From Deltaproteobacteria bacterium (GTDB lineage: Bacteria > Desulfobacterota > GWC2-55-46 > JAJCZF01): DNA of 64,000 nucleotides. The position numbers and the translations under genes are program-made. Positions 46,328 to 57,002 of this stretch are shown piece after piece. The number at the start of each line of letters is the position of its first letter. The stretch's first letter is position 1. The notes beneath the pieces are model-generated. The model saw only the letters and a program-made list of their open reading frames with translations, was not told the DNA's origin and searched no databases. Where the stretch lies: NCBI GenBank assembly GCA_029262535.1, contig JAJCZF010000073.1:3870-67869 (forward strand). Direction: 5' to 3'.

Positions 46328-47548
46328 ATGAATCGTCTAGCGCGTGACATAACGATAGTTTTCGGCATCACCCTGCTCCTACTCCTCTCGTTCGAGATAA
46401 TTTTAAGATTCTACTCGCCCGAAAGGCGCGTGGACGAGGCCACCATCGAGGCCGGTTTCGAACACAACGACAACTACATAGTAGACCTCAAGCCGAATGT
46501 CGAAAAGGTATTTACGCGCACCGACTTAAACGGCGGCGCGCGTATAACCTGGCGCACCAATAGCGACGGCTTTCGCGGCGAAGAGCTCAGGGCGGGAGCC
46601 CGCCCAAGGGTCATGATCTACGGTGACTCGAACCTCCAGGCCCGCTTCACGCCCAGCCAGGAGAACTTCCCAAGGAGGCTCGAAGAGGAGCTACGCCCCC
46701 GGTTTGCCGGGATAGAGGTTATTAATGCCGGTGTCGTAGGCTTCGGCCCGGACCAAATGCTCTTAAAGTTCAAGCAAGAAGCAGACATGTACAGCCCCGA
46801 CCTCGTTATCTTTCAGTTTTTTGCCGATAACGACTTTGGAGACCCGGTACGAAACAGGCTCTTTGAACTCAACCCGGAGGGCCGCCTCGTAAGGACCCGC
46901 CACGCCGTGCGCCCTGACGAGCGGCTTGTAGAAAAGCCCCGGCGCGGCCTCAAGGACTCGCTTCGCTTGGTGAGCTGGGCCGCGGGCATAAAGTCGAGGA
47001 TGAAGCTCCGGGAGGCCGTCTCCGGCGGGGCTGGCGGCTTTGCCGGGGCCATAGAGAAAGAGAATGCCATATATTCGCTAAATCTGCCAAGAGAGTACTC
47101 GAACTTCGACGATCACTACGACTTCGACGTAACTTTCTTTCCGACCAGGAAGATGACACGTACGAAGCTTGAGCTTGCACGCGAAATACTTAAAGAAGCG
47201 CGTGACTTCGCCCGCTCCAGAGAGATAAACTTCATGGTCGTCGTTCAGCCTTCGAGCCGCGACCTATCGGAAAACTCCTACCCCAACCACACACACTTTC
47301 GCCAGTACGACTCCTACAGGCCCGAAAATCTCTCGGACTTCGCATGGAATATCCTTGAAGAGGAGGCTATCCCCGGCCTGAACCTATTCCCCGTCTTTAA
47401 GAGGAATAACCCCTCGACACTTTTTCATCTCGGAATAAACGACCACTGGAATTCCAGGGGGCAAGCGCTCGGAGCGCGCGCTGCAGGGGCCTTTATAAAA
47501 GAGAACGGCCTATTGGAAAGACCGGCCAAACCTGGAATAAATCCTTGA
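46328..47548 (+). CDS. Membrane-anchored SGNH/GDSL hydrolase-family protein (AlgX/AlgJ-like)
   Basis: N-terminal TM, NSDGFRG, YGDS, NAGVVGFG, NDFGD, DHWN. Confidence 0.85.
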   Translation: MNRLARDITIVFGITLLLLLSFEIILRFYSPERRVDEATIEAGFEHNDNYIVDLKPNVEKVFTRTDLNGGARITWRTNSDGFRGEELRAGARPRVMIYGDSNLQARFTPSQENFPRRLEEELRPRFAGIEVINAGVVGFGPDQMLLKFKQEADMYSPDLVIFQFFADNDFGDPVRNRLFELNPEGRLVRTRHAVRPDERLVEKPRRGLKDSLRLVSWAAGIKSRMKLREAVSGGAGGFAGAIEKENAIYSLNLPREYSNFDDHYDFDVTFFPTRKMTRTKLELAREILKEARDFARSREINFMVVVQPSSRDLSENSYPNHTHFRQYDSYRPENLSDFAWNILEEEAIPGLNLFPVFKRNNPSTLFHLGINDHWNSRGQALGARAAGAFIKENGLLERPAKPGINP

Positions 47549-47567
47549 AATATGGTATATTATATTA

Positions 47568-47942
47568 ATGAAGTTTCTTTCAACGATAGTGCTCGGGCTT
47601 TCCCTCCTTCTGCTGACTGGCGCACCGTCCGAGGGCGCGCGCCGCTCAGGCGTCAAACTCGACAAGGAGACGAAGAAGTGCCTGCGCTGCCACAAGGGGG
47701 ACTCTTACCACCTTCGTAGCGAAGAGCACCTCCTCGGCATGAAGTACAAAACCGCGGCAAAGAAGAATCCGACACTTCGCCCTTATAAGGAACTCGACGA
47801 GCGCCTTACCTTCAAACGCGGACGCGTGGGATGCACAACCTGCCACACCGCCTTTATGGAAGAGAGGCACAAGGGCGTCGGGCCGATGCTTATTATGAAC
47901 AATCTCGGCAGCACCCTGTGCCTCGCCTGTCACTTAAAGTAG
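47568..47942 (+). CDS. Periplasmic triheme c-type cytochrome
   Basis: Signal peptide; CLRCH, CTTCH, CLACH. Confidence 0.9.
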   Translation: MKFLSTIVLGLSLLLLTGAPSEGARRSGVKLDKETKKCLRCHKGDSYHLRSEEHLLGMKYKTAAKKNPTLRPYKELDERLTFKRGRVGCTTCHTAFMEERHKGVGPMLIMNNLGSTLCLACHLK

Positions 47943-47988
47943 ACCTGCCGCGACCGCCTGCTTTCCTAATATAAAGCCAGGAAAAAGC

Positions 47989-48017
47989 TTGACTATCAGC
48001 ACCTATTCATATAGTAT
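47989..48017 (+). promoter_or_regulatory. Sigma70 promoter for ffh operon
   Basis: TTGACT-17 bp-TAGTAT. Confidence 0.55.
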
Positions 48018-48087
48018 GTTTTGATTACGCTGTAATAGTTATAGCGGGTAATAATTCTTTTACGACTATTTAGGGAAACGGCAACCT

Positions 48088-49428
48088 ATGTTCGACGGTT
48101 TATCAGATAAATTCAGAGGTGTCTTTAAGAATATTAAAGGACACGGCAAGCTAAGCGAGTCCAATATTCAGGAAGCCCTTAAAGAGGTCCGCATGGCCCT
48201 TCTTGAGGCCGATGTCAACTTTACGGTTGTAAAGAACTTCATCGCCACCCTGAAAGAGAAATCGCTCGGCACCGAGGTGCTTCAGTCCCTCACCCCCGGA
48301 CAGCAATTTACCAAGATCGTTCAGGACGAGCTGACCGAACTACTCGGCGGCACGGCGAGCGAACTGGTATTTAAAGGAAAGCCCGCAGTCATCATGCTCG
48401 TCGGCCTCCAGGGATCAGGTAAGACAACGACCACCGGTAAACTCGCAAAATACCTGAAAGCACGCGGAAGGAATCCGCTCATCGTTCCCGCCGACCTTCA
48501 AAGGCCCGCGGCCGTATTACAGCTTCAGAGGCTCGCCGAAGATATCAATGTAGACTTCTTTGATATAGAGGGCATGAAGAAGGATGTAAAGTCAATCGCC
48601 GCCGAAGCAAAACGTGTCGCGGGGATAAAGGGTTACGACACCCTGCTCGTCGATACCGCAGGTAGGCTTCATGTTGACGAAGCGCTCATGGGCGAACTCA
48701 AAGGCGTAAAAGACGTACTCTCGCCTTCCGAGGTCCTATTTGTCGCCGACGCCATGACCGGGCAGGACGCCGTCAATACGGCAAACGGTTTTAACGACTC
48801 CATCGGCATCACCGGCGTGATACTGACAAAACTCGACAGTGACGCCCGAGGCGGCGCGGCCCTATCCATGCGCATGACCACGGGTGTGCCCATTAAGTTT
48901 GCCGGAATGGGAGAAAAGCTCGACGCCATTGAGGTCTTCCACCCCGACCGTCTGGCCGGACGCATACTCGACATGGGTGACGTAATGACCCTTATCGAAA
49001 AGGCGCAGGATGTCGTCGATGAAAAGAAGGCGAAAGAGCTCGAAAAGAAGATTAAGAAGGACCAGTTCACGCTTCAGGACTTTAAAGACCAGATAAAACA
49101 GATAAAGCGCATGGGTTCGCTAGACAGTATTCTGTCGATGGTGCCGGGTTTCAGCGCGCTTCGCAGTAAGAATAAGGACGTAAACTTCGACGAGACCGAG
49201 CTGGTAAGGATCGAGGCGATCATAGATTCCATGACCGTTAAAGAGCGCGTTAATCCGTCCATGCTCAACGCGAAACGCCGCATCCGCATAGCAAAGGGAA
49301 GCGGTACGAAGGTTCAGGATATTAATAAACTCGTAAAGCAGTATAACGAGATGCGCAAGATGATGAAGAGATTCAAGAAGGGCGGCGCGGGCGCGTTGAA
49401 AGGCATGATGCGCTCCCGCGGCCTCTAG
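48088..49428 (+). CDS. ffh: Signal recognition particle protein Ffh
   Basis: ALLEADV, GLQGSGKTTT, DTAGR, TKLD, M-domain. Confidence 0.98.
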   Translation: MFDGLSDKFRGVFKNIKGHGKLSESNIQEALKEVRMALLEADVNFTVVKNFIATLKEKSLGTEVLQSLTPGQQFTKIVQDELTELLGGTASELVFKGKPAVIMLVGLQGSGKTTTTGKLAKYLKARGRNPLIVPADLQRPAAVLQLQRLAEDINVDFFDIEGMKKDVKSIAAEAKRVAGIKGYDTLLVDTAGRLHVDEALMGELKGVKDVLSPSEVLFVADAMTGQDAVNTANGFNDSIGITGVILTKLDSDARGGAALSMRMTTGVPIKFAGMGEKLDAIEVFHPDRLAGRILDMGDVMTLIEKAQDVVDEKKAKELEKKIKKDQFTLQDFKDQIKQIKRMGSLDSILSMVPGFSALRSKNKDVNFDETELVRIEAIIDSMTVKERVNPSMLNAKRRIRIAKGSGTKVQDINKLVKQYNEMRKMMKRFKKGGAGALKGMMRSRGL

Positions 49429-49551
49429 AAATTGATCTTTTCTCCTGGGCTCTGCGTTGTCACGTAAAATATAAAACTCGACGTACTTACGTACGACTCG
49501 CTTTCTATTCTACGCTCCGCCTTGATCCAGAAGAAAATCTCTAATTTCTAG
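49425..49551. mobile_element. MITE-like ~127-bp element with imperfect terminal inverted repeats
   Basis: CTAGAAATTgatcTTTTCTCCTGG ... CCAGAAGAAAAtctctAATTTCTAG; internal CGTAC-tta-CGTACG; the ffh stop TAG lies in the left end. Confidence 0.55.
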
Positions 49552-49613
49552 CCTGGTCTAAAATTAGATAAAGACAGAAACAGAAAAACAGAAAGAAAGA
49601 GGAAAACTAAAAA

Positions 49614-49880
49614 ATGGCAGTAAAGATCAGATTATCCAGACACGGATCCAAAAAGAGGCCTTTTTACCGCATCGTGGTAGCCGACATTCAGATGCCGCGC
49701 GACGGTCGCTTTATCGAGATAGTCGGCACATACGATCCCCTTCAGGATCCGCCGGCCATCACGCTTAAGAACGATTCCATAGACGCATGGATCGCCAAGG
49801 GCGCGCTCCCGACCGACACGGTACGGGCTATACTAAAGCAGTCCAAGGACGCCGCTCCTGCCCAAGAGGCCGTGGCTTAA
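49614..49880 (+). CDS. rpsP: 30S ribosomal protein S16
   Basis: [24 protein letters not shown]...RDGRFIE. Confidence 0.98.
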   Translation: MAVKIRLSRHGSKKRPFYRIVVADIQMPRDGRFIEIVGTYDPLQDPPAITLKNDSIDAWIAKGALPTDTVRAILKQSKDAAPAQEAVA

Positions 49881-49884
49881 CTTT

Positions 49885-50439
49885 TTGGGACTCGTAGAGA
49901 TAGGCCATATCACCGGCGTACACGGCCTTCGCGGAGAGCTCAGGCTGCGCCTCGAAGGTGACTACGAACCACAACCCGGCGAAGAGATTACAATAGGCGC
50001 GCGTGAGTTTACAATCGGCGCAAGCAGGCCGCATAAAGAGTTTTTACTCATTACTCTTAAAGACGCGGTATCTGACCGCACCGAGGCCGAAACCCTTAAG
50101 GGTTTGCCTGTCTCTGTGGACGAAGATCAACTGCCTGAGCCCGAGCCTGGCGAGTATTACCAGCGCGATCTAATCGGCATGTCGGTTCTAACGACCGAAG
50201 GCCTTGCGCTTGGAGAGGTTACGGCCATCATTGAAACAGGCGCAAACGACGTATTCGAAATAGAGGGGCCGCTTGGCGAAGTGCTCATACCCTTTATAAA
50301 GGACGTTGTTATTGAGATAAACACGGCAAAGCGCCTTATTACGGTAGACCCGTTGGACGGCCTGCTTCCAGATGAAGAAGAGCAAGAAGAAAAACTGGCC
50401 GCTATTACGAAAACTACCAAGGGGACGGATGAAGGATGA
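49885..50439 (+). CDS. rimM: Ribosome maturation factor RimM
   Basis: [34 protein letters not shown]. Confidence 0.95.
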   Translation: MGLVEIGHITGVHGLRGELRLRLEGDYEPQPGEEITIGAREFTIGASRPHKEFLLITLKDAVSDRTEAETLKGLPVSVDEDQLPEPEPGEYYQRDLIGMSVLTTEGLALGEVTAIIETGANDVFEIEGPLGEVLIPFIKDVVIEINTAKRLITVDPLDGLLPDEEEQEEKLAAITKTTKGTDEG

Positions 50440-51128
50440 GGTTTACGGTACTGACCCTCTTTCCCGACTTTTTCGATAGCCCGCTTAAGCAGTCGATAAT
50501 CGGACGGGCCGCAAGCGAAGGCCTTATCGAGATAGAGACTCTTAATATAAGAGACTTTACGACCGATAAACATAATACCGTCGACAACTCACCCTACGGG
50601 GGCGGGCCGGGTATGGTCATGAAACCCGAACCGGTCGTCGCTGCGATAGAAGCCGTAGAGGATAAAGCCGCCAGAGAGGACGGGCGGGAGAAGGTAATAC
50701 TGCTCACCCCGCAGGGCGCGCCTTTTGATCAAAAGACGGCGAGAAGTTTTTCAACCGAACTTGAGTCGGTCATTCTCGTATGCGGACGTTACGAGGGTTT
50801 TGACGAACGCATACGCGACTACGTTGACATTGAACTTTCAATCGGCGACTACGTTCTAACCGGCGGCGAATACGCGGCCCTTATCATTATCGACGCGGTC
50901 GGGCGGCTCGTAACGGGTGTAATTAAAGAAGAGTCAACAGAGGAAGAATCCTTTTCACAAGGAGACGGCCTGCTCGAATACCCGCAATACACGAGGCCGG
51001 AACTATTTAGAGGAGAGAAGGTTCCCGACGTCTTACTATCGGGACACCATAAAGAGATAGAGAAATGGCGCGCCGGGCAGAGACTAAAAAGAACTACCGC
51101 CAGGCGGCCTGAACTTTTAAAAAAATAA
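50436..51128 (+). CDS. trmD: tRNA (guanine-N1)-methyltransferase TrmD
   Basis: [39 protein letters not shown]. Confidence 0.98.
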   Translation: MRFTVLTLFPDFFDSPLKQSIIGRAASEGLIEIETLNIRDFTTDKHNTVDNSPYGGGPGMVMKPEPVVAAIEAVEDKAAREDGREKVILLTPQGAPFDQKTARSFSTELESVILVCGRYEGFDERIRDYVDIELSIGDYVLTGGEYAALIIIDAVGRLVTGVIKEESTEEESFSQGDGLLEYPQYTRPELFRGEKVPDVLLSGHHKEIEKWRAGQRLKRTTARRPELLKK

Positions 51129-51150
51129 ATCTACATTCGGAGGATTTAAG

Positions 51151-51498
51151 ATGGGAACCATAGAAAATATCGAAAAAGACTTTTTAAGGACCGACCTGCC
51201 CGACTTCAGGCCAGGCGATACGATCACGGTCAATGTGCGCATAACAGAGGGAAACAAAGAGCGCATACAGGCCTACGAAGGCGCGGTAATGAGAGTCCGC
51301 GGCCGCGGCATTCAGAAGACCTTCACCGTCAGGAAGATCTCCTACGGCGTAGGCGTTGAGAGGGTCTTCTCGCTCAACTCCCCCATTATCGAATCGATCA
51401 AAATTGTAACCAAGGGACGAGCCCGCAGGGCAAGGCTCTACTACCTGAGAGAACTCAAAGGCAAGGCGATGAGACAGACACTTCGCAAAAGAAGCTAA
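51151..51498 (+). CDS. rplS: 50S ribosomal protein L19
   Basis: [35 protein letters not shown]. Confidence 0.98.
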   Translation: MGTIENIEKDFLRTDLPDFRPGDTITVNVRITEGNKERIQAYEGAVMRVRGRGIQKTFTVRKISYGVGVERVFSLNSPIIESIKIVTKGRARRARLYYLRELKGKAMRQTLRKRS

Positions 51499-51528
51499 AA
51501 AGCTCTCTTAATAGACTTTTCAACCTTC

Positions 51529-51556
51529 GGCCTCTCCCTTTCTAATGGGAGAGGCC
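51529..51556 (+). terminator. Hairpin/terminator after rplS
   Basis: GGCCTCTCCC/GGGAGAGGCC 10-bp stem followed by TTAGTTT. Confidence 0.55.
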
Positions 51557-51701
51557 TTAGTTTGGCCTTAATTTAGCCATAGTTTAAAAAGACGGATATA
51601 GGTTTTATAGAGAACTTCAAAGGCGGCGAGAATTCATTCGCCGCCTAAAATTTTCTGCGCGAAAGAAGAGCACACCTGTGTGCCGGTCATATGGAACACA
51701 T

Positions 51702-52379
51702 ATGGACAGTCGTGAAAGAGAAATTATCCGGGCCGGACACGCACTCGTAGCCGGCATTGACGAGGCGGGACGCGGCCCGCTTGCAGGCCCTGTCGTCTCG
51801 GCCGCCGTGGTGCTCTTTGCACCAAACTCCCCCAACTCCGCCAAATCTGTATCGTCTTCACCCTCTCCAGTTTTAGATATTTCAGGAATCAAAGACTCAA
51901 AACTACTGACCGCCGCGCGGCGCGAAGAACTTGCCTCCTATATATTTCAAAATGCCGTTGGCGTCGGCCTCGGTATCGCATGGCCCGAAGAGATAGACGA
52001 AATAAATATCTTGCAGGCGACGCTTCGCTCAATGGAGCGTGCGGCATCTTCCATTAAAGACTCTACGGGCAAAAAACTTTCTCCAAACTACTTGATGATC
52101 GACGGCAGAAATACCATTAAACTGCCTATCCCTATGGAGGCCATTATTAAAGGCGACCAGAGCTCCGCCTCCATCGCCGCCGCGTCGATAATCGCTAAGA
52201 CGACGCGAGACCGCATCATGGCCTCGTACCACTCGCTCTACCCCCATTACGGTTTCATAAAGAATCAAGGTTACGGCACCCGCGTCCACATGGAAGCCCT
52301 CCGTACGGAAGGTCCCAGCCCCATACATAGAAGAAGCTTTCGCTGGCCCGGTAATAGAGGTAAGAATGCTAAGAGGTAA
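51702..52379 (+). CDS. rnhB: Ribonuclease HII
   Basis: GIDEAGRGPLAGPV, DSK, INILQAT, KGD..S.SIAAASIIAK, GYGT..H. Confidence 0.96.
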   Translation: MDSREREIIRAGHALVAGIDEAGRGPLAGPVVSAAVVLFAPNSPNSAKSVSSSPSPVLDISGIKDSKLLTAARREELASYIFQNAVGVGLGIAWPEEIDEINILQATLRSMERAASSIKDSTGKKLSPNYLMIDGRNTIKLPIPMEAIIKGDQSSASIAAASIIAKTTRDRIMASYHSLYPHYGFIKNQGYGTRVHMEALRTEGPSPIHRRSFRWPGNRGKNAKR

Positions 52380-52743
52380 AAAGAAACTAACAACCGTGGC
52401 CCTTGGAAAAGAAGGAGAGGACGCCGCCGCCAAATATCTCCGGAAGAACGGATATAAGATAGTCGAGCGCAACTTCCGCACGCGTTACGCAGAGATAGAT
52501 ATTATCGCCACAGAGGGCAAGACCCTTGTATTTATTGAGGTAAAGACGCGCTCCGGCTCCGGCTTCGGCACGCCTGCCGAAGCCGTGGGAATCAGGAAGC
52601 AGGAAAAGATAATACAGGCGGCAATGGAGTACCTCTCAAAACTCAAAAAAGAACCTCTCGTAAGGTTCGATGTAATAGGCGTTTTACATCACAACGGTTC
52701 ATTCTCAGTCGATATCATAAAGAACGCCTTTGGCGTTTCTTGA
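52366..52743 (+). CDS. yraN: YraN/UPF0102 family protein
   Basis: GEDAAAKYL, NFR...EIDII, VFIEVKTR, RFDV. Confidence 0.92.
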   Translation: MLRGKKKLTTVALGKEGEDAAAKYLRKNGYKIVERNFRTRYAEIDIIATEGKTLVFIEVKTRSGSGFGTPAEAVGIRKQEKIIQAAMEYLSKLKKEPLVRFDVIGVLHHNGSFSVDIIKNAFGVS

Positions 52744-52807
52744 AGATTGATCTGTTTCAATACAAATTTCTCTTTTATTTCCCGTCATTTACCTATAAAA
52801 TATTCTG

Positions 52808-53479
52808 ATGTCTTCTATCTCTCAAAATAAGAATATTAAGAATGGCAATAGCAGGCAACTTGTGCCGCTCGTGCTCTTTCTCTTTTTCATTTCCGGCTTC
52901 TCGGCCCTGCTCTATCAAGTCGCTTGGCAGAGGATTTTGGCGGTATTTACCGGCGTTGATATATATTCGGTTACGATCATCGTCGCGGCCTTTATGGGCG
53001 GCATCGGTTTCGGCTCTCTGCTATCGGGCTACCTCGCCGACCGGACAACACGCAGAAGGCGTCTGCTCTTATTCGCCCTTTCGGAACTGGTCATCGGCGC
53101 CTTCGCCGCCATCAGCAAATGGCTATATTACGACTTTCTCTACATGAAGCATTTCTTGCTCGCTATGGACCCGGCGACCATGACGCTCGTCTTATTTCTT
53201 AGCCTGCTTATCCCGACTTTTTTCATGGGCATGACGCTGCCTCTCCTTTCACGGGCGTTATCCGATTCGGTCGACGGCGCTGCGCGCATGATAGGCGCGT
53301 TATACGGAATAAATACGCTCGGTTCGGCAGTTGGAGCATTTATTACGGGCTGGGTATTATTTCGCCTGATGGGTTTTGAAAATAGCCTCTACGTCGGCGC
53401 GGCACTTAACTTTCTCTGCGCAGCCGGGGCCTTATACGCGGTGAAACTCACAAGCTATAGTTCAGAGGACGTTCAATGA
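52808..53479 (+). CDS. N-terminal membrane part of a fused MFS/spermidine-synthase-like protein
   Basis: FFISGFSALLYQVAWQR, FMGGIGFGS, PTFFMGMTLPLL, LYGINTLGS. Confidence 0.8.
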   Translation: MSSISQNKNIKNGNSRQLVPLVLFLFFISGFSALLYQVAWQRILAVFTGVDIYSVTIIVAAFMGGIGFGSLLSGYLADRTTRRRRLLLFALSELVIGAFAAISKWLYYDFLYMKHFLLAMDPATMTLVLFLSLLIPTFFMGMTLPLLSRALSDSVDGAARMIGALYGINTLGSAVGAFITGWVLFRLMGFENSLYVGAALNFLCAAGALYAVKLTSYSSEDVQ

Positions 53480-55155
53480 GCAGGGCTGACAATAAAAATA
53501 TACTGCCCTTTCCAATATGGACACTCATTTACTGCCTCTCCGGTTTCATCGCTCTTTCGCTTGAGATCACCTGGTTCAGACTCTTGAATGTCATGCTCAA
53601 GGCGACAAGTTTTACCTTTCCGACGCTCTTGACGATCTTTCTCGGCGGCCTTGCGCTGGGCACTTTTGTGGGCATAGGCCTGGTCCGTAGAGTTAAAAGG
53701 CCGGACAGGTTATTCTTTCTCTTTCAAGGGCTTATACCGCTCTACTCCGGTCTTGCGCTCGCCCTCTTCGTAACGCTTGTCGGCAATATCGCCGCGCTCG
53801 ATATCTTTTGGGAACACCTCTCCGACTTCGAGCCCGTATCGATGTGGCCGGTGCTCGATGCGATATCCGGCATCATGCAGGGCTCATTTACGGAATTTAG
53901 CGATCAGTCGTCGCATATATGGACCTTTTCCGTTATTAACTTCGCCCTGCCGATATACCTGATCGCTCCGCCTACGATACTGATGGGTATCTCTTTCCCG
54001 CTCTTACAGAGGACCGTACAGCTCGATCTCGCGCAGATAGGCCGCCACGTCGGCTGGCTACAGGCCGCTAATATAGTCGGCTCCATGGCCGGGGCCTTTG
54101 TCGTCGGGCTGGCCTCGCTCCGCCTGATCGGAACGCCTTGGACGCTTCGCGTACTGATACTGCTTGGCGGCCTTTACCTTGTCGCATGGGCGTTGGTTAA
54201 ACGAGAGGGTTCCATTAAGTACGCCCGGCTCGTGATTGTTTCTATCATCACCATCGCGGTCGCATTTTCCATCCCTACCGGAAAGGTCTTGTGGAGTAAA
54301 TTAATCGGAGCCGCTCCTGCTGAGATCGTATTTGCCGAGAGTGGAGAAGCGCTATCGATTGCCCGCGCCGACTCGCCGGCTCCGGACGGCAAAGGTTTTG
54401 TCTATGTAAACGGAGACCCGGTGAGCCCCTTTCCCTACGGCGCGACACACACGCTACTAGGTTTCATACCTGCAATGCTCCACCCCAATCCGTCCGACGT
54501 CGCCATCATCGGCCTTGGCACAGGCGACACTCTATTTTCACTTGCAGGACGGCAGGAGATCGAATCGATACGCTGCATAGAATTGATTAAGAAACAACCG
54601 GACGTGCTCAAGGAATTTAACGATACGATATACCATTCGGAGGCCATCGACGCGATACTGACCGACCCGCGCATAGAGTTCGTCTTCACCGACGGCAAGG
54701 CATATATCAAACGCGGCGAAAGGCATTACGACATAATAGAGGCCGACGCTCATAACCCGGAGCAGGCCTTTTCAGGAAATCTCTATTCATATAACTACTT
54801 TCTATCGGCTCGCGCCAAGCTCAAACCGGGCGGTTACGCCGTCACCTGGGCCCCGACACTGCGCGTCCTGAAATCTTTCGTCAAGGCCTTTCCATTTGTC
54901 TTGCAGTTTGGCAACGTGCTCGTCGGAAGCGAGACGGATATCGCCTACGACCCGCGCCTTATATCCGAACGCATATCCGACCCGCGCGTAGTTGCCCACT
55001 ACCGCAAAGCCGCACTGGACGTAAACGAACTGGCCGCACGCGCCTTCTCCAAGGAGCCGACGGCCTACGGCCCGAATCTTGACCGCTCGCTCATAACCGA
55101 TATCAATACCGATCTATTTCCAAGAGATGAATTTATGGTGGAAGTGGTTAAGTAA
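53476..55155 (+). CDS. Second membrane repeat plus spermidine-synthase-like SAM-binding domain
   Basis: SGFIALSLEITWFR, PTILMGISFP, AIIGLGTGDT, DG..YI, YDII; ATGA overlap with the upstream gene. Confidence 0.82.
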   Translation: MSRADNKNILPFPIWTLIYCLSGFIALSLEITWFRLLNVMLKATSFTFPTLLTIFLGGLALGTFVGIGLVRRVKRPDRLFFLFQGLIPLYSGLALALFVTLVGNIAALDIFWEHLSDFEPVSMWPVLDAISGIMQGSFTEFSDQSSHIWTFSVINFALPIYLIAPPTILMGISFPLLQRTVQLDLAQIGRHVGWLQAANIVGSMAGAFVVGLASLRLIGTPWTLRVLILLGGLYLVAWALVKREGSIKYARLVIVSIITIAVAFSIPTGKVLWSKLIGAAPAEIVFAESGEALSIARADSPAPDGKGFVYVNGDPVSPFPYGATHTLLGFIPAMLHPNPSDVAIIGLGTGDTLFSLAGRQEIESIRCIELIKKQPDVLKEFNDTIYHSEAIDAILTDPRIEFVFTDGKAYIKRGERHYDIIEADAHNPEQAFSGNLYSYNYFLSARAKLKPGGYAVTWAPTLRVLKSFVKAFPFVLQFGNVLVGSETDIAYDPRLISERISDPRVVAHYRKAALDVNELAARAFSKEPTAYGPNLDRSLITDINTDLFPRDEFMVEVVK

Positions 55156-55209
55156 GAGGGTGGGGGCTTTTTTCAGAAAGTTTTCCCTGCGTTCTTGTTC
55201 TGAACTCTC

Positions 55210-56532
55210 TTACGCGCTCTTTCTATCTTCGACAGGTTCGGCTTTTACCTTTGATATGCGTTTGCCTTCCACATCTACGATGGTAAAGCGGTAACCTTCG
55301 TGCAAAACGAACTCGCCGCCTCGCGGCAGGCGTTGAAGGTTTGCGAGCATGAAGCCTGCCAGTGTCGTATACTCTTCGCTCTCTTTTATGGGCAGGCCGG
55401 TCTCTTCCAGGTCGCGGATGGTCGTCGAGGCGTCGATGATAAATACGCCGTCCTTGAGTTTTTCATAGACCTCTTCTTTATCGAAGTCGTACTCGTCTTC
55501 GATCTCTCCGACTATCTCTTCAAGGATATCTTCGATAGTGGCCACGCCGTCGACATTGCCGTGCTCGTCCACTACTATGGCCATATGCTGATGGCGTTTT
55601 TGCATCTCGCGCAGAAGTTTGCTTATCATAATCGAGTCGGGCACGAAGAAGGCCGGGCGCATTACCTCGGATAATACGATGGCTTCTTTCCTCTCCACCG
55701 CGCGAAAGACGTCTTTATTAAATAGTATGCCGACGACCTTTTCAATAGAGCCGCGGCATACGGGGTAACGTGAAAAGCCCTCGTCAACGACATGCTTCAA
55801 GACCTCCTCGGGCGCGGTATCGAGATCGATGACCGAGACACTAGGGCGCGCTACCATTACCTCTCTGACCGTGGTGTCGCCGAATTCGAATATCCCGTGC
55901 AGGAGCGAGGCCTCGCTCTCTTCGAGTATGCCCTTGTCGCGCCCTTCGGTGATGAAATATTTAAGCTCTTCTTCGGATACGAATGCGCTCTCGCCGTTCG
56001 ACTCTTTGATGCCGAGACGCCTTAGGACGAATGCCGTGGAGCCGGTAAGAAAACTTACAAATAGACCGGTAACTTTAGAGGTTATCTCAAGCGGCACAGC
56101 CGCAAAACAGGCGGCGCGGTCAGAATAACTTAGCCCTATGGACTTTGGAACCAGCTCGCCTATAACGAGCAGGCCATAAGATATCAGCATGACGATGAGC
56201 CCGACGCTTATAGGTTCGGCGTAACTCTGCACAAAACCGATCGGCACGGTCGCAAGCAGCGGTTTTAGGAATTCCATCGCAAGCATACCGCCGATAACGG
56301 AGGCGAGCGTACCGACGACGGTAACGCCTACCTGTACGGTCGCAAGAAAGCGGTCCGGGTCGGACTTCATCCGGCTGACGATCTTAGCCGAGCGGTTGCC
56401 CTGTTCGGCAAGGGTCTCTATAGAGCTTCTTTTGGAAGATATAATGGCAATTTCGGCCCCTGAAAAGAAGCCGTTTATAAGGATGAGGACTATTACGATT
56501 ATCGCCTCGATAACAAGGCTTTCTACTGACAC
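55210..56532 (-). CDS. CNNM (DUF21)-CBS-CorC/HlyC hemolysin-family transporter
   Basis: NGFFSGAEIA, GELVPKS, VREVM, FSRYPV, VVDEHG, EDILEEIVGEIEDEYD. Confidence 0.93.
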   Translation of the reverse strand: MSVESLVIEAIIVIVLILINGFFSGAEIAIISSKRSSIETLAEQGNRSAKIVSRMKSDPDRFLATVQVGVTVVGTLASVIGGMLAMEFLKPLLATVPIGFVQSYAEPISVGLIVMLISYGLLVIGELVPKSIGLSYSDRAACFAAVPLEITSKVTGLFVSFLTGSTAFVLRRLGIKESNGESAFVSEEELKYFITEGRDKGILEESEASLLHGIFEFGDTTVREVMVARPSVSVIDLDTAPEEVLKHVVDEGFSRYPVCRGSIEKVVGILFNKDVFRAVERKEAIVLSEVMRPAFFVPDSIMISKLLREMQKRHQHMAIVVDEHGNVDGVATIEDILEEIVGEIEDEYDFDKEEVYEKLKDGVFIIDASTTIRDLEETGLPIKESEEYTTLAGFMLANLQRLPRGGEFVLHEGYRFTIVDVEGKRISKVKAEPVEDRKSA

Positions 56533-56756
56533 TTAGACTCCGCATAGCAGGTTAATAACGAAACAAGGCCGGTGGCGGCCCGTAGGCCATAGGCCCATAT
56601 AAATACGATAGCATATAAAAGGTGCTTTAGCAACGGGACATGTGATAGGTAGCTATCAGCGCGCGCCGAGCGTAACGGAAAGGACATTGCAGGAATAATG
56701 CTCTACCGCCACAGGCCTCTTCTTGTAGAAGGCCCCGGATAGCGTCAGGAAAATAG

Positions 56757-57002
56757 CTATGCGGTCATTGCGCAGTTGGAGTCGTTGGAGGCACAACTAA
56801 GCACCTTGAAGCTACAACATTCCAGAGCGCACATTCCCATGAGTTCAAAGGTAACCGCTGGATAACTGACAGGAGCATCTGTCTTACCAATTCTGTGTAA
56901 AGCCGGTCTCTTTATTTGGTAAATATCGAGGGGTGGCGGCTGTAGGGGTAGCGCCGCCTGAGCCTGTGAGGCGGCCAGTATGAAAAGCGCCGCGAAGGCC
57001 AT
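56757..57002 (-). CDS. Small exported Cys-rich hypothetical protein
   Basis: Signal-like N-terminus ending AQA, five C-terminal Cys; GGAGGG RBS lies ~25 nt upstream of this ATG, so the start is uncertain. Confidence 0.45.
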   Translation of the reverse strand: MAFAALFILAASQAQAALPLQPPPLDIYQIKRPALHRIGKTDAPVSYPAVTFELMGMCALECCSFKVLSCASNDSNCAMTA

